NCBI GenBank assembly: GCA_965206745.1
Contig: OZ242220.1
Coordinates: forward strand, 672,001 to 736,000
DNA: 64,000 nucleotides
Direction of reading: 5' to 3'
DNA from: Nitrosopumilus sp.
GTDB lineage: Archaea > Thermoproteota > Nitrososphaeria > Nitrososphaerales > Nitrosopumilaceae
This document shows positions 41,342 through 51,202 of the stretch, one piece after another (positions within the stretch are counted from its first letter, which is position 1; each line of letters opens with the position of its first letter). The notes under the pieces were generated by a model. It did not search any database and was not told the DNA's origin. It saw only the letters and a list, made by a program, of their open reading frames with translations. A program made the translations under genes and the position numbers.

Positions 41342-41728
41342 GACCTTCTGAAGGCTTGGCACTGTATCGTAATTCTCCAACTCTTCAATGCCCACCCATT
41401 TAAAATCCGAGTTTTCCCAATTTAGCTTGATTATGGGGTCGTTAACTTCGAACAAAAATGGAAATATCTCCCACTCGTGATTTTTGTATTGAGGCGAGTT
41501 TATCCTCATTTCGTGGCTGGATTTGATCAGTCTGATTTTATTTTCCACAATTCCAACCTCTTCGAAAATCTCGATTTTTGCTCTAGCCAGGGGTGTCTCG
41601 TCTTCTTCGATAATCCCGCTTATTCCTGCCCATAACCCCCTCATGGATTTTACCTTGTCGCTTCGCTTTAGAATCAGTAATTTACCATTATTCCTAATGA
41701 AAGATGTGACGATCTTTGTATGGCGCAT
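41324..41728 (-). CDS. NUDIX hydrolase
   Basis: G.IE..E.P...A..EI.EE.G Nudix box. Confidence 0.85.
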   Translation of the reverse strand: MRHTKIVTSFIRNNGKLLILKRSDKVKSMRGLWAGISGIIEEDETPLARAKIEIFEEVGIVENKIRLIKSSHEMRINSPQYKNHEWEIFPFLFEVNDPIIKLNWENSDFKWVGIEELENYDTVPSLQKVLFNLL

Positions 41729-41733
41729 GTCGA

Positions 41734-42585
41734 CTATTTTTCAACTGCTTTTACCATTTTTGTTAGTCTCTTGTATGATTCACCAATGTCCGTATGCTTG
41801 GCTAGTCTCTCTTGGCATTCCTTGATGTATGTTACCACTTCCTCCGTCTTTGATTCTTGGACAGCTGTTAACAGTCTGCCGATGTCCTTCCAAAGCTCCT
41901 CTGCAACTCTGCGAATCTCGGGGTTTGCAATGATCGTCTCAATTAGCTCAGGAGACTCTGTCATGATGCTTTCTGCTAGTGTCTTTTGAACTCTAAAAGT
42001 GGTGCCAGACATTTTTTCTGTAAGATTCATCTTTTCATCTTTTGAAATGATGTTTGCAAAAACCAGATTCATTAAATGGGTCAATCCTAAAATCACGGCG
42101 ATCTTTTTGTCATGCTCGGCTGCGTCAATTGTTACAAAGTTTGCGCCTTCAAATAATGTTTTTGCAACCGTCAACTCCTTTTTGGCATCTTTGATTGGAA
42201 CCGAAATGATGTTTTGGCCTTTTATCGTCTTGATTCCTGGGCCAAACATTGGGTGAATACAGATGGGATTAATTTTTGCCGGCATCTTTGATAATGATGA
42301 AACGACTTTGGATTTTTCAGATGAAATTTCAATTAGGTATGTTCCACGCTTCATTTCTTTTGCAATGAGTCTGATTATCTCCGGTGTCCTTCTTGTGGGT
42401 GTACAAAGAACAACGTAATCTGCCTTTAAAATTCCTCCAACGAGTGATTCTGATACGATGATATCTTTTCCTGAAACTTTGTTCTCTGAATCGTACCCTG
42501 TTACTTTAAACCCCTTACTTGTAAAATACTTTGAGAACCACTGTCCCATTTGACCCCCTCCGCCAATCACTGTAACCTGCTTCAT
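41734..42585 (-). CDS. tyrA: prephenate/arogenate dehydrogenase
   Basis: IGG.GQMG, HPMFGP, EHD...A...GLTH. Confidence 0.9.
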   Translation of the reverse strand: MKQVTVIGGGGQMGQWFSKYFTSKGFKVTGYDSENKVSGKDIIVSESLVGGILKADYVVLCTPTRRTPEIIRLIAKEMKRGTYLIEISSEKSKVVSSLSKMPAKINPICIHPMFGPGIKTIKGQNIISVPIKDAKKELTVAKTLFEGANFVTIDAAEHDKKIAVILGLTHLMNLVFANIISKDEKMNLTEKMSGTTFRVQKTLAESIMTESPELIETIIANPEIRRVAEELWKDIGRLLTAVQESKTEEVVTYIKECQERLAKHTDIGESYKRLTKMVKAVEK

Positions 42586-43952
42586 TTGTTACCACTCATT
42601 ATGCTGCTTAGTATATTCATTCCTTCAATTAATGTTTCTTCGTCTTGACACGCAGAAAGTCTGATAAAATCCTTGTAATCCCCAAATCCTTCTCCTGGTG
42701 CCACTGCTAGTCCTTTCTCTAGGGCGTTATTGGCAAATTCAGTCCCCTCAAAGCCCTCTTGGTTAATTCTTGCAAAAAGGTACATTGCACCATCTGGTCT
42801 GATAAAGTCCAATCCCATCTCATCTGCTTTTTGTGCCAACACCTCTAGTCTATTTTGTACCGTATTAGTATTATTGGATATGTCTGCTTCAAGAGCCTTC
42901 ATGGCCACATATTGAATTGGTTCTGAGACGTTGGTAAGGCATAATGCCTCCAATTTCGCCATTTTCTCAATTATTTTTGGATTTGCAATGCCGTATCCTA
43001 TTCTGAACCCTGTCATTGCGTGTGATTTTGAAAATGATTGGGTCACGATGCTTTTTTCATAGTTATAACTGAGGATGCTTTTCCAACCCGTATTTGCATA
43101 CTGTGAATAAATTTCATCACTGAGTACGTACAGATCATTCTTTCTTGCCAATTCAATGATGTCGTCTTGTAATTTCTCATTTAGGATCTTTCCTGTCGGA
43201 TTGTTTGGATAGTTCAAAACAATCATCTTTGTATTTGAATTAATCGTGTTTTTGATCTGCTCTAATGATGGCTCCCATTTATCCTCAAAGGTTGTATTGA
43301 TGGTTTTGACTTTGATTCCGGAATTTAATGCGCATTCTTTGTAGGCTGGCCATGCAGGCTCTATGACAACCATCTCGTCTCCTGGATCTAACAGAGTTGC
43401 AATTGCCGTGAAAATCGAAAACCTTGCACCAGGACTTACAATGATGTTGTCCTGTTGAATGTTCACATTGAATTTTTTTGATACGTATTTTGCAAGTGCT
43501 TCTCTAAATGCCGGCATCCCCTTTGCCTGACCGTATTTTAGAAATCCTTCATCGAAGACTTTTGCCAATGCATCCTTTACGATGGTTGGTGGCAAAAAGT
43601 CTGGTTCCCCGACTTCCATGTGGATAATTTTTTTCCCTTGCGCTTCAAGTGATTTTGCTTTTAAGAATATTGAAAGATGTGTTTGTTTGTTGGCAGATTG
43701 AACTTTGATTGATTCATTTAGCAGAAAATTTAAAAATTTGGTTGCCATCGTCTGATCCAGCTTGATATCGCTGCACAGTGAAATTACCTTTTCACGCAGA
43801 TTGCTTTCTCTTGCTTGGTCTGTCACCCCTTTGCCGATATTTTTTTTGACTTTTCCTATCTCTTTTGCGATGTCCGTCCTAGTTTTTAGCAACTCTATCA
43901 TCTTTAGAGTAACCTCGTCCATTTTGTTTCGAAGATCGTTGATATCTGACAT
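42582..43952 (-). CDS. chorismate mutase domain fused to a class I aminotransferase
   Basis: LR..MD......LL..R...A..IG..K...D..RE; GEPDF, NNPTG, SDEIY, SFSK..AMTG.R.G. Confidence 0.88.
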   Translation of the reverse strand: MSDINDLRNKMDEVTLKMIELLKTRTDIAKEIGKVKKNIGKGVTDQARESNLREKVISLCSDIKLDQTMATKFLNFLLNESIKVQSANKQTHLSIFLKAKSLEAQGKKIIHMEVGEPDFLPPTIVKDALAKVFDEGFLKYGQAKGMPAFREALAKYVSKKFNVNIQQDNIIVSPGARFSIFTAIATLLDPGDEMVVIEPAWPAYKECALNSGIKVKTINTTFEDKWEPSLEQIKNTINSNTKMIVLNYPNNPTGKILNEKLQDDIIELARKNDLYVLSDEIYSQYANTGWKSILSYNYEKSIVTQSFSKSHAMTGFRIGYGIANPKIIEKMAKLEALCLTNVSEPIQYVAMKALEADISNNTNTVQNRLEVLAQKADEMGLDFIRPDGAMYLFARINQEGFEGTEFANNALEKGLAVAPGEGFGDYKDFIRLSACQDEETLIEGMNILSSIMSGNK

Positions 43953-43956
43953 TTTC

Positions 43957-45054
43957 TTACAGTACTGGTTTGATCGTCCCTGAAAGGAGTGCATGGTCTG
44001 CTATTGTTAATGCTACAAGTGAATCTACTACCGGTGGAGCCCTTGGTACGACACATGGGTCATGCCTGCCTTTGACTTGAAGGATCGTCTCTTTTTTTGT
44101 TTTAATGTCTACTGTTTTTTGTTTTTGAGCAATAGATGATGCTGGCTTGAAAGCAATCCTCATGGTTATCGGCATTCCGTTAGAGATGCCTCCTAAGATC
44201 CCCCCGGATCTGTTTGTCTCTGTAACTATCTTCCCCCTCTTCACCGTATACAAGTCATTGTTTTCTGAACCATAAAGTTCCGAACCTTCAAATCCGGATC
44301 CAAACTCAATTCCTTTCACAGACGGAATTGAAAAAATTGCTTTACTCAAATCTGACTCTAATGAGCTAAAAATGGGCTCACCTAATCCTACTGGAACGTT
44401 GGTTGTTACTGATTCGATTATTCCTCCAAGCGAATCTCCTCGCTTTTTTGCATCTAGGATCTTCTCTCTCATTATTTTTGCAGTCCTGATCTCTGGACAT
44501 CTTACTTCATTTTTGTAAATTCTACTGGCCATCTTTCCATCAAATTCCTTTTCCATCTTTATCTTTCCAATTTGTGATGTAAATGAATTTGTTTGAACAC
44601 CTAGTGCTACTTTGAGTAATTTTCTTGCAATGGCACCTCCCATAACGTGGGTTGCAGTTAGCCTCCCTGAAAATCTACCTCCTCCTCTATGATCATTGTA
44701 ATGGTTATATTTTATCATGGCTGGATAGTCTGAATGTCCTGGTCTTAGCTTTGTTTTCAAATTTTCATAATCATTTGATTTTTGATCACCGTTCCAAATT
44801 AACATTGTAATTGGGGCGCCTGTAGTATGACCTCTAAAAACCCCTGAAATAATTTCAACAATGTCACCTTCCTTTCTTTGTGTTGAAATCAGATTTTGTC
44901 CTGGCCTTCTGAGATCTAGCATCTTTTGAATATCTTTTTCATCAATTTCTAATCCTGCTGGGCAGCCATCTAAAACTGCCCCAATTGATTTCCCATGACT
45001 TTCGCCAAAACTTGTTAAAACAAGACGCTGACCAATAGAACTTCCCGGCAACAC
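43957..45054 (-). CDS. aroC: chorismate synthase
   Basis: GESHG, RPGH.D, GG..GGIS.G, GRHDPC. Confidence 0.96.
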   Translation of the reverse strand: MLPGSSIGQRLVLTSFGESHGKSIGAVLDGCPAGLEIDEKDIQKMLDLRRPGQNLISTQRKEGDIVEIISGVFRGHTTGAPITMLIWNGDQKSNDYENLKTKLRPGHSDYPAMIKYNHYNDHRGGGRFSGRLTATHVMGGAIARKLLKVALGVQTNSFTSQIGKIKMEKEFDGKMASRIYKNEVRCPEIRTAKIMREKILDAKKRGDSLGGIIESVTTNVPVGLGEPIFSSLESDLSKAIFSIPSVKGIEFGSGFEGSELYGSENNDLYTVKRGKIVTETNRSGGILGGISNGMPITMRIAFKPASSIAQKQKTVDIKTKKETILQVKGRHDPCVVPRAPPVVDSLVALTIADHALLSGTIKPVL

Positions 45055-45381
45055 ATTATCAAAGTTAGTCGATGTTTATAATTCCTCATTCTGGGCCTTG
45101 ACCGAAATATGTTGCATGATTGATATCTTTTGGGCTCTACATTATGCCTGTTTAAAAATTATGATATTATTGAATATAATATGAAATAATTATAATATAT
45201 TCTTAAATATCCTAATAATATACATAATATGTGAGAAATCGTGTAAATTATAGAGAATAGTTTGCGCGGCTCTGCAAAAAAGTCATGTTATCTACGCAAA
45301 AGCGTTGTGGGTGAGGAGAATGCTTTTCATCCTATACAGGGTCGCATCTCTTACCTCTTGATGATTTTCTGGAAAGTACTT

Positions 45382-46650
45382 TTAATCAATTTGGATCTTT
45401 GCACCCATCTGCCTCATCTCCTCTACAAAATTAGGGTATGATACTTTGACTGATTCCGGGTCTGATACTGTGCAGTCACCTACATACATTCCTGCAATAC
45501 AAAATGCCATAAATAATCGATGATCCCCCTTTGACGTTAAATCTGCACCTGAGATGTTTTCAGATGCCTCTAAAATCATGCCGTCTTCTTTCTCTTGAAT
45601 TTTGATTCCAAGTTTTACCAATTCCCTTGAAATGACTGCAATTCTATCTGTCTCCTTTAATCTTGCATGTTTTACGTTGAATATTTCAATTGGTGCTGAT
45701 GAACATAGTGCCAAAATTGCAAGTGGTGGAAGAAGATCTGGGGAATTGTTTAGATCAAATCTTCCCCCGTTTAATCTTTCAGGAGATTTGATTCTGATTT
45801 GTTGATCATCAATTGCAACTTTGACTCCCATCTGTTCTAAAATGTCGATAAATACTTCGTCTCCCTGAGGAAGATCTCCTATATTTCCATTTATTGTAAC
45901 GTCTTTTCCGTTTAGTACTGTTGCTGAAAGAAGAAGAGCAAGACTTGAAAAGTCTATGGGAACAGTAAATGCTGTTTCCTTGTAGATCTGCGGGGATATG
46001 TTGTATCTTTTGTATGGGATTAGTGTCTGCACTGTTACCCCGAACTTTCTCATTGTGACAATTGTTGCATCAAGATATGGTTTTGATACCAGATTTCCCT
46101 CTATCGTTAAATTGATTCCTTTTTCTGTAAGTGGTGCACAAATTAATAATGCTGAAATAAATTGACTGGAAAAATTTCCTGGAATTCTTACCTCTCCTCC
46201 CACAATCTTCCCTTTAATTTTGATTGGGGGATTGCCATTTGTTGAACTGCATTGTGCACCTATGCTTGAGAGGGCATCTAGGAGAGACTGCATGGGTCTT
46301 TTCTGCAGACTTGAATCTCCAGTCAATGTAATTTCTTGAGAAAACAAACTGGCAATACCTGCCGCTATTCTAATTGTGGTGCCGGAGTTTTCTGTGTTAA
46401 TTTCAGGCACATTTGTGCCTGTTTTTATCGAATCTTTCACAATTATTGACGAATCTCTTATTTCGATTTCTGCTCCAAATTTTCTACATGCTTCAATCGT
46501 TGCATTGGTATCTGCGGAGAATAATACGTTCTCCACACTGCTGTCTTTTCCGGCAAGCGATGCTAGAAAGATTGCCCTGTGCGTGTAACTCTTGTTTGGG
46601 GGACAAACTATTTGACCTGTGATTCTGGATTTCTCAATTTTACACTTCAT
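45382..46650 (-). CDS. aroA: EPSP synthase
   Basis: KS.THRA, NSGTT.R, SSQFIS, R.KETDR, DHR. Confidence 0.95.
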   Translation of the reverse strand: MKCKIEKSRITGQIVCPPNKSYTHRAIFLASLAGKDSSVENVLFSADTNATIEACRKFGAEIEIRDSSIIVKDSIKTGTNVPEINTENSGTTIRIAAGIASLFSQEITLTGDSSLQKRPMQSLLDALSSIGAQCSSTNGNPPIKIKGKIVGGEVRIPGNFSSQFISALLICAPLTEKGINLTIEGNLVSKPYLDATIVTMRKFGVTVQTLIPYKRYNISPQIYKETAFTVPIDFSSLALLLSATVLNGKDVTINGNIGDLPQGDEVFIDILEQMGVKVAIDDQQIRIKSPERLNGGRFDLNNSPDLLPPLAILALCSSAPIEIFNVKHARLKETDRIAVISRELVKLGIKIQEKEDGMILEASENISGADLTSKGDHRLFMAFCIAGMYVGDCTVSDPESVKVSYPNFVEEMRQMGAKIQID

Positions 46651-47497
46651 GAACTTCTGCCTTTTTGTTGCTGATTTTTGAAACGATGATGTTTCCTTCT
46701 AATGCCGAAAACATTTTTTTTATTGCAGTTTCATTTTCTTTCTTTGTTATTGCGACAATTGATGGTCCATTGCCTGAAACTGATGCACCCAGTGCTCCTT
46801 TTTCAATCAAACCTGTGATGATTTTAGAATCTGAATTTAAAATAGATGCCGTAGCTAACCCATTTACTGTCATTGCATCCCAGTAATTTGTCTTCCTAGA
46901 TAACTCCCATGCATTTTCAAATATTGAGGCAAGGATTTTGAGTTTTTTTAGATTTCCTCTTTTTCTGTTCTTTGGAATAAATATGACTGCACTTAAATTA
47001 GTTGGACCTCTCTCAAACCTGACTCTCTTCTTGTTTGCATTGTCTGTTACATTAAATCCTCCATAGTAGCAAGAACAGGCATCATCGTATGCCCCAGTTA
47101 TGCTGACTTTGGATTCAATTGATGCCTCCACCCCTGCAAGTAAAATCTGCTGATCTGTTAATTTAGGTTTGAATATTTTGGCACATGCTAGGGCAATGGC
47201 CGAAGAGATGGCACTAGAGCTTTTCAAACCATACCCAGTAGGAATTTCAGAGTCTAGCGTGATTGAAATCTTGTTTTGCTCCAGGTCTTTTTTTGAAGCA
47301 ACTTTCTCTACTGTCTTGTTGATTAGACGAGAGCTTAGGCTCTTGTTTTCAGACTGAATCGAAATTCCTTTCCCTGGGCTGGTCTCCACAGTGGTCTCCA
47401 CCCTTAATGCAATTCCCACAGTTGCCCCCTTTTGATTTGCAATCGCATTAACTAGCGATACTGCTCCATGGACTGTAGCCTTTACTTTTGCCATCAA
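46640..47497 (-). CDS. aroK: archaeal shikimate kinase (GHMP family)
   Basis: IP.G.GLKSSSA, TGAYDD, SGNGPS. Confidence 0.92.
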   Translation of the reverse strand: MMAKVKATVHGAVSLVNAIANQKGATVGIALRVETTVETSPGKGISIQSENKSLSSRLINKTVEKVASKKDLEQNKISITLDSEIPTGYGLKSSSAISSAIALACAKIFKPKLTDQQILLAGVEASIESKVSITGAYDDACSCYYGGFNVTDNANKKRVRFERGPTNLSAVIFIPKNRKRGNLKKLKILASIFENAWELSRKTNYWDAMTVNGLATASILNSDSKIITGLIEKGALGASVSGNGPSIVAITKKENETAIKKMFSALEGNIIVSKISNKKAEVHEV

Positions 47498-48315
47498 AAT
47501 CCTCCTAGCAATGCTTTTTTCATCGCATTATAAGGTGCTTCTATGCCGTGCCAAATCTCAAAAGATCTAACTGCCTGACCTAGAAGCATCTCATAGCCAT
47601 AAATTATGATTGCTTTTTCTGCTTTTGCTTTTTTGATAAAATCCGTATTCATTGGCATGTACACAATATCATAAACAATTGTTTTCTCATTGATCCCATC
47701 CAATGAAATTGCACTGGATTCGTTTTTCAATCCCACTGATGTGGCATTGACAATAATGTCGTAATCCTTTGCTGTATCTCTGACATCTTCCATTTTTACG
47801 GCATCTGCGTTCAATCCAATCGTTTTTGAAAATTCTGAAAGATTCGATGCTCTTTCCAATGTTCTATTTGCAATGGTTATACTGCCTGCTTTTTCTTTTG
47901 CAAATCCTGCCACAATTGCTCTTGCAGCCCCGCCTGCCCCGATTAACAGGACTTTGGTCCCCTCAACCTTCAACTCCCTTCTCTTAAGAGGTTCTAGAAA
48001 TCCATCCATGTCCGTGTTGTATCCTTTTAGAACCCCGTCTTTGTTTGAGACTGTGTTGACGGCTCCAATCAAACTGCATGATTCGTCCATTTTATCCAAA
48101 TACCTTACCATCTCAATTTTGTGTGGAATTGTGATGTTAAAGCCGTCAATCTTGATCTTCTTTAGTCCTTTTATCCCCTCTTCTAACTCCCCCCTTGGAA
48201 TTCTGTATGCGATGTATGATGAATCTAGATCCAATTCCCTAAATGCTGCACTGTGAATATTTGGGGACAGTGAATGATCAATAGGATCTCCGATCACTGC
48301 AAATGACTTGCTCAT
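47494..48315 (-). CDS. aroE: shikimate dehydrogenase
   Basis: HSLSP.IH, N.TIP.K, GAVNT, NTD, GAGGAA. Confidence 0.95.
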   Translation of the reverse strand: MSKSFAVIGDPIDHSLSPNIHSAAFRELDLDSSYIAYRIPRGELEEGIKGLKKIKIDGFNITIPHKIEMVRYLDKMDESCSLIGAVNTVSNKDGVLKGYNTDMDGFLEPLKRRELKVEGTKVLLIGAGGAARAIVAGFAKEKAGSITIANRTLERASNLSEFSKTIGLNADAVKMEDVRDTAKDYDIIVNATSVGLKNESSAISLDGINEKTIVYDIVYMPMNTDFIKKAKAEKAIIIYGYEMLLGQAVRSFEIWHGIEAPYNAMKKALLGGF

Positions 48316-48365
48316 CTGATTTTCCTGTATATCATGATTGATTTAAACTCTCAACTGCCGAACTG

Positions 48366-49037
48366 TTATTTTTTTAAATTCGTAATTCTTTTCACTTCAT
48401 CCACGCTGAACTGTCCTGGGGCGATTGCCTTTCCGAGCGATACGTAGGTGTATGGGCTTCCTAAATACAGGCACAAAATCCTTGAAATTCTGCCATAATC
48501 GCCCATTGCAAATGAGATCAGGTTGTTTTTCCCTCTTTTACTGTACAGTTCTAACATCCTAGCTGAATCGTCAGTTGTTTTTGCAGTGCTTACTATTTTT
48601 ACATTTGATGAAAATTTACTCATTTGAGCCATCTTCTTTTTGAGTTCTGCCGAACTAGGTGTCTTTTTAAAATCATGCCATGAAACAAGTAACTTTGTTT
48701 TTGTGGATTTCAAATATTTTGCCAATGCTGGGTTTCTCTTTAGTGTGTTAAACTCGATATCTAGTAGGAACGGATTATACTCTGCAATTAGTTTTATGAT
48801 TGCAATTCTCTCTTTTTCATTCCCATGAAACACTCCGCCCTCGTTTTTTGGTCTTAGTGTGCACACGATCCTACTTAGATCTTTTTTTACCATCTCTAGT
48901 ACCTCTGGAATTTGCTCGATTTTTAGAAAGTCTAATCTCACTTCAGCAAAATCCGATTTTAAAAGGGCGACTTTTAATATTTTTTTAGTTTTTGCCGGTG
49001 TCTGCTCTGCAATTGAAACGCATGTCCTGTACTTCAT
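48366..49037 (-). CDS. aroD: type I 3-dehydroquinate dehydratase
   Basis: EVRLD, T.R...EGG, SWHDF..TP, APGQ. Confidence 0.92.
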   Translation of the reverse strand: MKYRTCVSIAEQTPAKTKKILKVALLKSDFAEVRLDFLKIEQIPEVLEMVKKDLSRIVCTLRPKNEGGVFHGNEKERIAIIKLIAEYNPFLLDIEFNTLKRNPALAKYLKSTKTKLLVSWHDFKKTPSSAELKKKMAQMSKFSSNVKIVSTAKTTDDSARMLELYSKRGKNNLISFAMGDYGRISRILCLYLGSPYTYVSLGKAIAPGQFSVDEVKRITNLKK

Positions 49038-50092
49038 TTTTCCAAAATATATTCGTCAGAAACTTCCATTCCAAAATGTCTGCCTGTTGCAGGTTTTGAA
49101 TGAACCATGACGCTGTCTCCTTTCTTTAGATGTGTGACTGAAACTAGTTGCCCATTTGACTTTACAAAGCGAATCGTCTCTGCATCCTGTGCGATAATCC
49201 CTCCCGTCTCTCCATCTGCAGTAGCTTTGATCATCAACATTGGCCTGCGCTCAATTTTTGATCTTCCCACCGTAGCTCTTCTTGCCTTGCCTTTAGAATT
49301 AAGAATCAATACCTCTGAACCTGTTTCCACCTCTGAGAGGTAATTTGTTGTCCCATCTGGGGACAGCGTGTAACAGTGGACTGCACCTGCATTCACTCTA
49401 AATGGTCTAGGCGATGTAAATGATGAGCCCACCGATTCGTTATGAACTAGAAACAAAAAGTTTGATCTGCTACCTATTAGCATTCCTTCTCCTTTGTGAA
49501 GCATGGAGGCAGTATCCACACAAACGCGCTCTCCGTCTCCTACTTCTTTGATCTCTGTAATTTTTGCTGCCTTCATCTCAAAGCTCTTGGTTCCTAGGTA
49601 TATCATGACTTCACGAACTTCGTTAATTGATGACGTGCTAAAGATCACCCCATCAACACCCACTTCTAAAATTGAAAACATCTTCCGCACCTCTTCAGGG
49701 GTTTTAGCAATTGCAAAGATCTTGGTGTGAATTTTATGCAATTTTGCAATGATGTTTTCTAGTGGAATTATTTTCCAATCTTTGACTTCTACCACCACAA
49801 AATCCAGTCCTTTTTTGGCTACGGTGAGGATATTGTCAATATCTGCGTTTGATAGGATTTGGAACTTTCTTCCTGTTTTTTTACCCCTTGGTTTTGGACC
49901 TTCTTTCTCTAATATCACATAGTTTGCCGCATTTGATGGAAACACAGTTTGAAGTTTGGTTTTTGCCTTGCCTATTTTTTTTGGGTCAAGGTATACCATC
50001 CTGATGCCTTCTTCTTGCAATTGAGGCAGAAATTTGGCTAGCTGTGATTGGGACACTTTGGGTAAAATTATTAACTCTCTTGATTTACTCAA
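49034..50092 (-). CDS. aroB': 3-dehydroquinate synthase II
   Basis: W.IIPLEN, RVCVDT, RPFRVNAG.VH, GRHFG. Confidence 0.93.
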   Translation of the reverse strand: MSKSRELIILPKVSQSQLAKFLPQLQEEGIRMVYLDPKKIGKAKTKLQTVFPSNAANYVILEKEGPKPRGKKTGRKFQILSNADIDNILTVAKKGLDFVVVEVKDWKIIPLENIIAKLHKIHTKIFAIAKTPEEVRKMFSILEVGVDGVIFSTSSINEVREVMIYLGTKSFEMKAAKITEIKEVGDGERVCVDTASMLHKGEGMLIGSRSNFLFLVHNESVGSSFTSPRPFRVNAGAVHCYTLSPDGTTNYLSEVETGSEVLILNSKGKARRATVGRSKIERRPMLMIKATADGETGGIIAQDAETIRFVKSNGQLVSVTHLKKGDSVMVHSKPATGRHFGMEVSDEYILEK

Positions 50093-50867
50093 TTCTCTTC
50101 ATTGCTTCCTTTGCGGTTCCCTTTCTGAAAATTATCTCAGCTAATGCCTCTACCATTTTTTCAGGTCTCTTGTGTGCAAAGATGTTTCTTCCATATGTCA
50201 CTCCTTTAGCTCCGGCAGTCATTGCATCTTGGGTCATCTGAAGGACCTCCAAATCCGTTTTAGCTTTTGGTCCGCCGGCAATTACGATTGGAACTGGCGT
50301 ACTCTTTACAATCTTTGCAAATGAGTCCACATCTCCTGTATACAGCGTTTTAACAATATCTGCACCGCACTCTGCACCGATTCTTGCAACATGTCCGACA
50401 ACTTCTGGATCATGTGGGTTTTTGATGTTTTCTCCTCTTGGGTACATCATTGCTAAAAGTGGCATTCCCCATTTGTGACATTGTTCTGCCGTCATTCCTA
50501 ACTGTTCTAACATCTCTGGTTCTTCTTTGCCTCCGATGTTGATGTGCAGTGAGACTCCGTCAGCCCCCATAGCTGCTGCCTCTTTTACGGTCCCTGTTAG
50601 CATTTTACGATTTGGTGCCAATGATAATGATGTGCTGCTTGAAAAATGAACTAGAATTCCTACCTTGGCTGGTTTTGGCAGTGCTTTGAGAATTCCTTTG
50701 TTAATAATCACACTGGTGAGCCCATGTCCTTCACATCTGTAAATTGTATCTACTGGATTCTCAAGACCTTCAATAGGCCCGTTTGAAATCCCGTGATCCA
50801 TTGGAATGCAAAGCATTCTGCCTTTTCTTAAAATTCGATCAAGTCTAATTTGATTCCCTGATACCAT
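50085..50867 (-). CDS. aroA': 2-amino-3,7-dideoxy-D-threo-hept-6-ulosonate synthase
   Basis: PMDHG...GP, AMMYPRG, GADIVKT.Y, GRNIF; next to DHQ synthase II; start refined to MVSGNQ. Confidence 0.88.
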   Translation of the reverse strand: MVSGNQIRLDRILRKGRMLCIPMDHGISNGPIEGLENPVDTIYRCEGHGLTSVIINKGILKALPKPAKVGILVHFSSSTSLSLAPNRKMLTGTVKEAAAMGADGVSLHINIGGKEEPEMLEQLGMTAEQCHKWGMPLLAMMYPRGENIKNPHDPEVVGHVARIGAECGADIVKTLYTGDVDSFAKIVKSTPVPIVIAGGPKAKTDLEVLQMTQDAMTAGAKGVTYGRNIFAHKRPEKMVEALAEIIFRKGTAKEAMKRIE

Positions 50868-50947
50868 GATCTGATCTGATTTTTGTACCCTACTTAAAAA
50901 TAACGTGAATCTCATCAACTTGCTCGTGATTGAATCTCGGCTCTGAC

Positions 50948-51076
50948 CAAATAGGGTGTTTCTGCTTGGGATGCTGTAACCTTGTGATTGGCAATACATG
51001 GCCACATTTTGGACGATGTGTGAGTATGCCTCTTCTCATCACCCTTGTACGGTGTCTAAGCAGATCACTGTATTTG
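50948..51076 (+). other. long imperfect fold-back element (candidate ncRNA or MITE)
   Basis: Seven collinear helices, about 45 bp including G-U pairs, symmetric about ~51012. Confidence 0.5.
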
Positions 51077-51202
51077 ACGATAACCTGAATTTTTGTACTT
51101 GCCTCTCTCAAATCTTGCGCACAAATCACTAATTTTGTTTGTTTCTTTTTGTTTGATATTTCTATCAAGGATTAAATAGAAATTCCAAGGGATGATGATC
51201 AC

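Noticed and set aside
45150-45230. Replication origin DUE
   Set aside because: No ORB repeats and no adjacent cdc6/orc1
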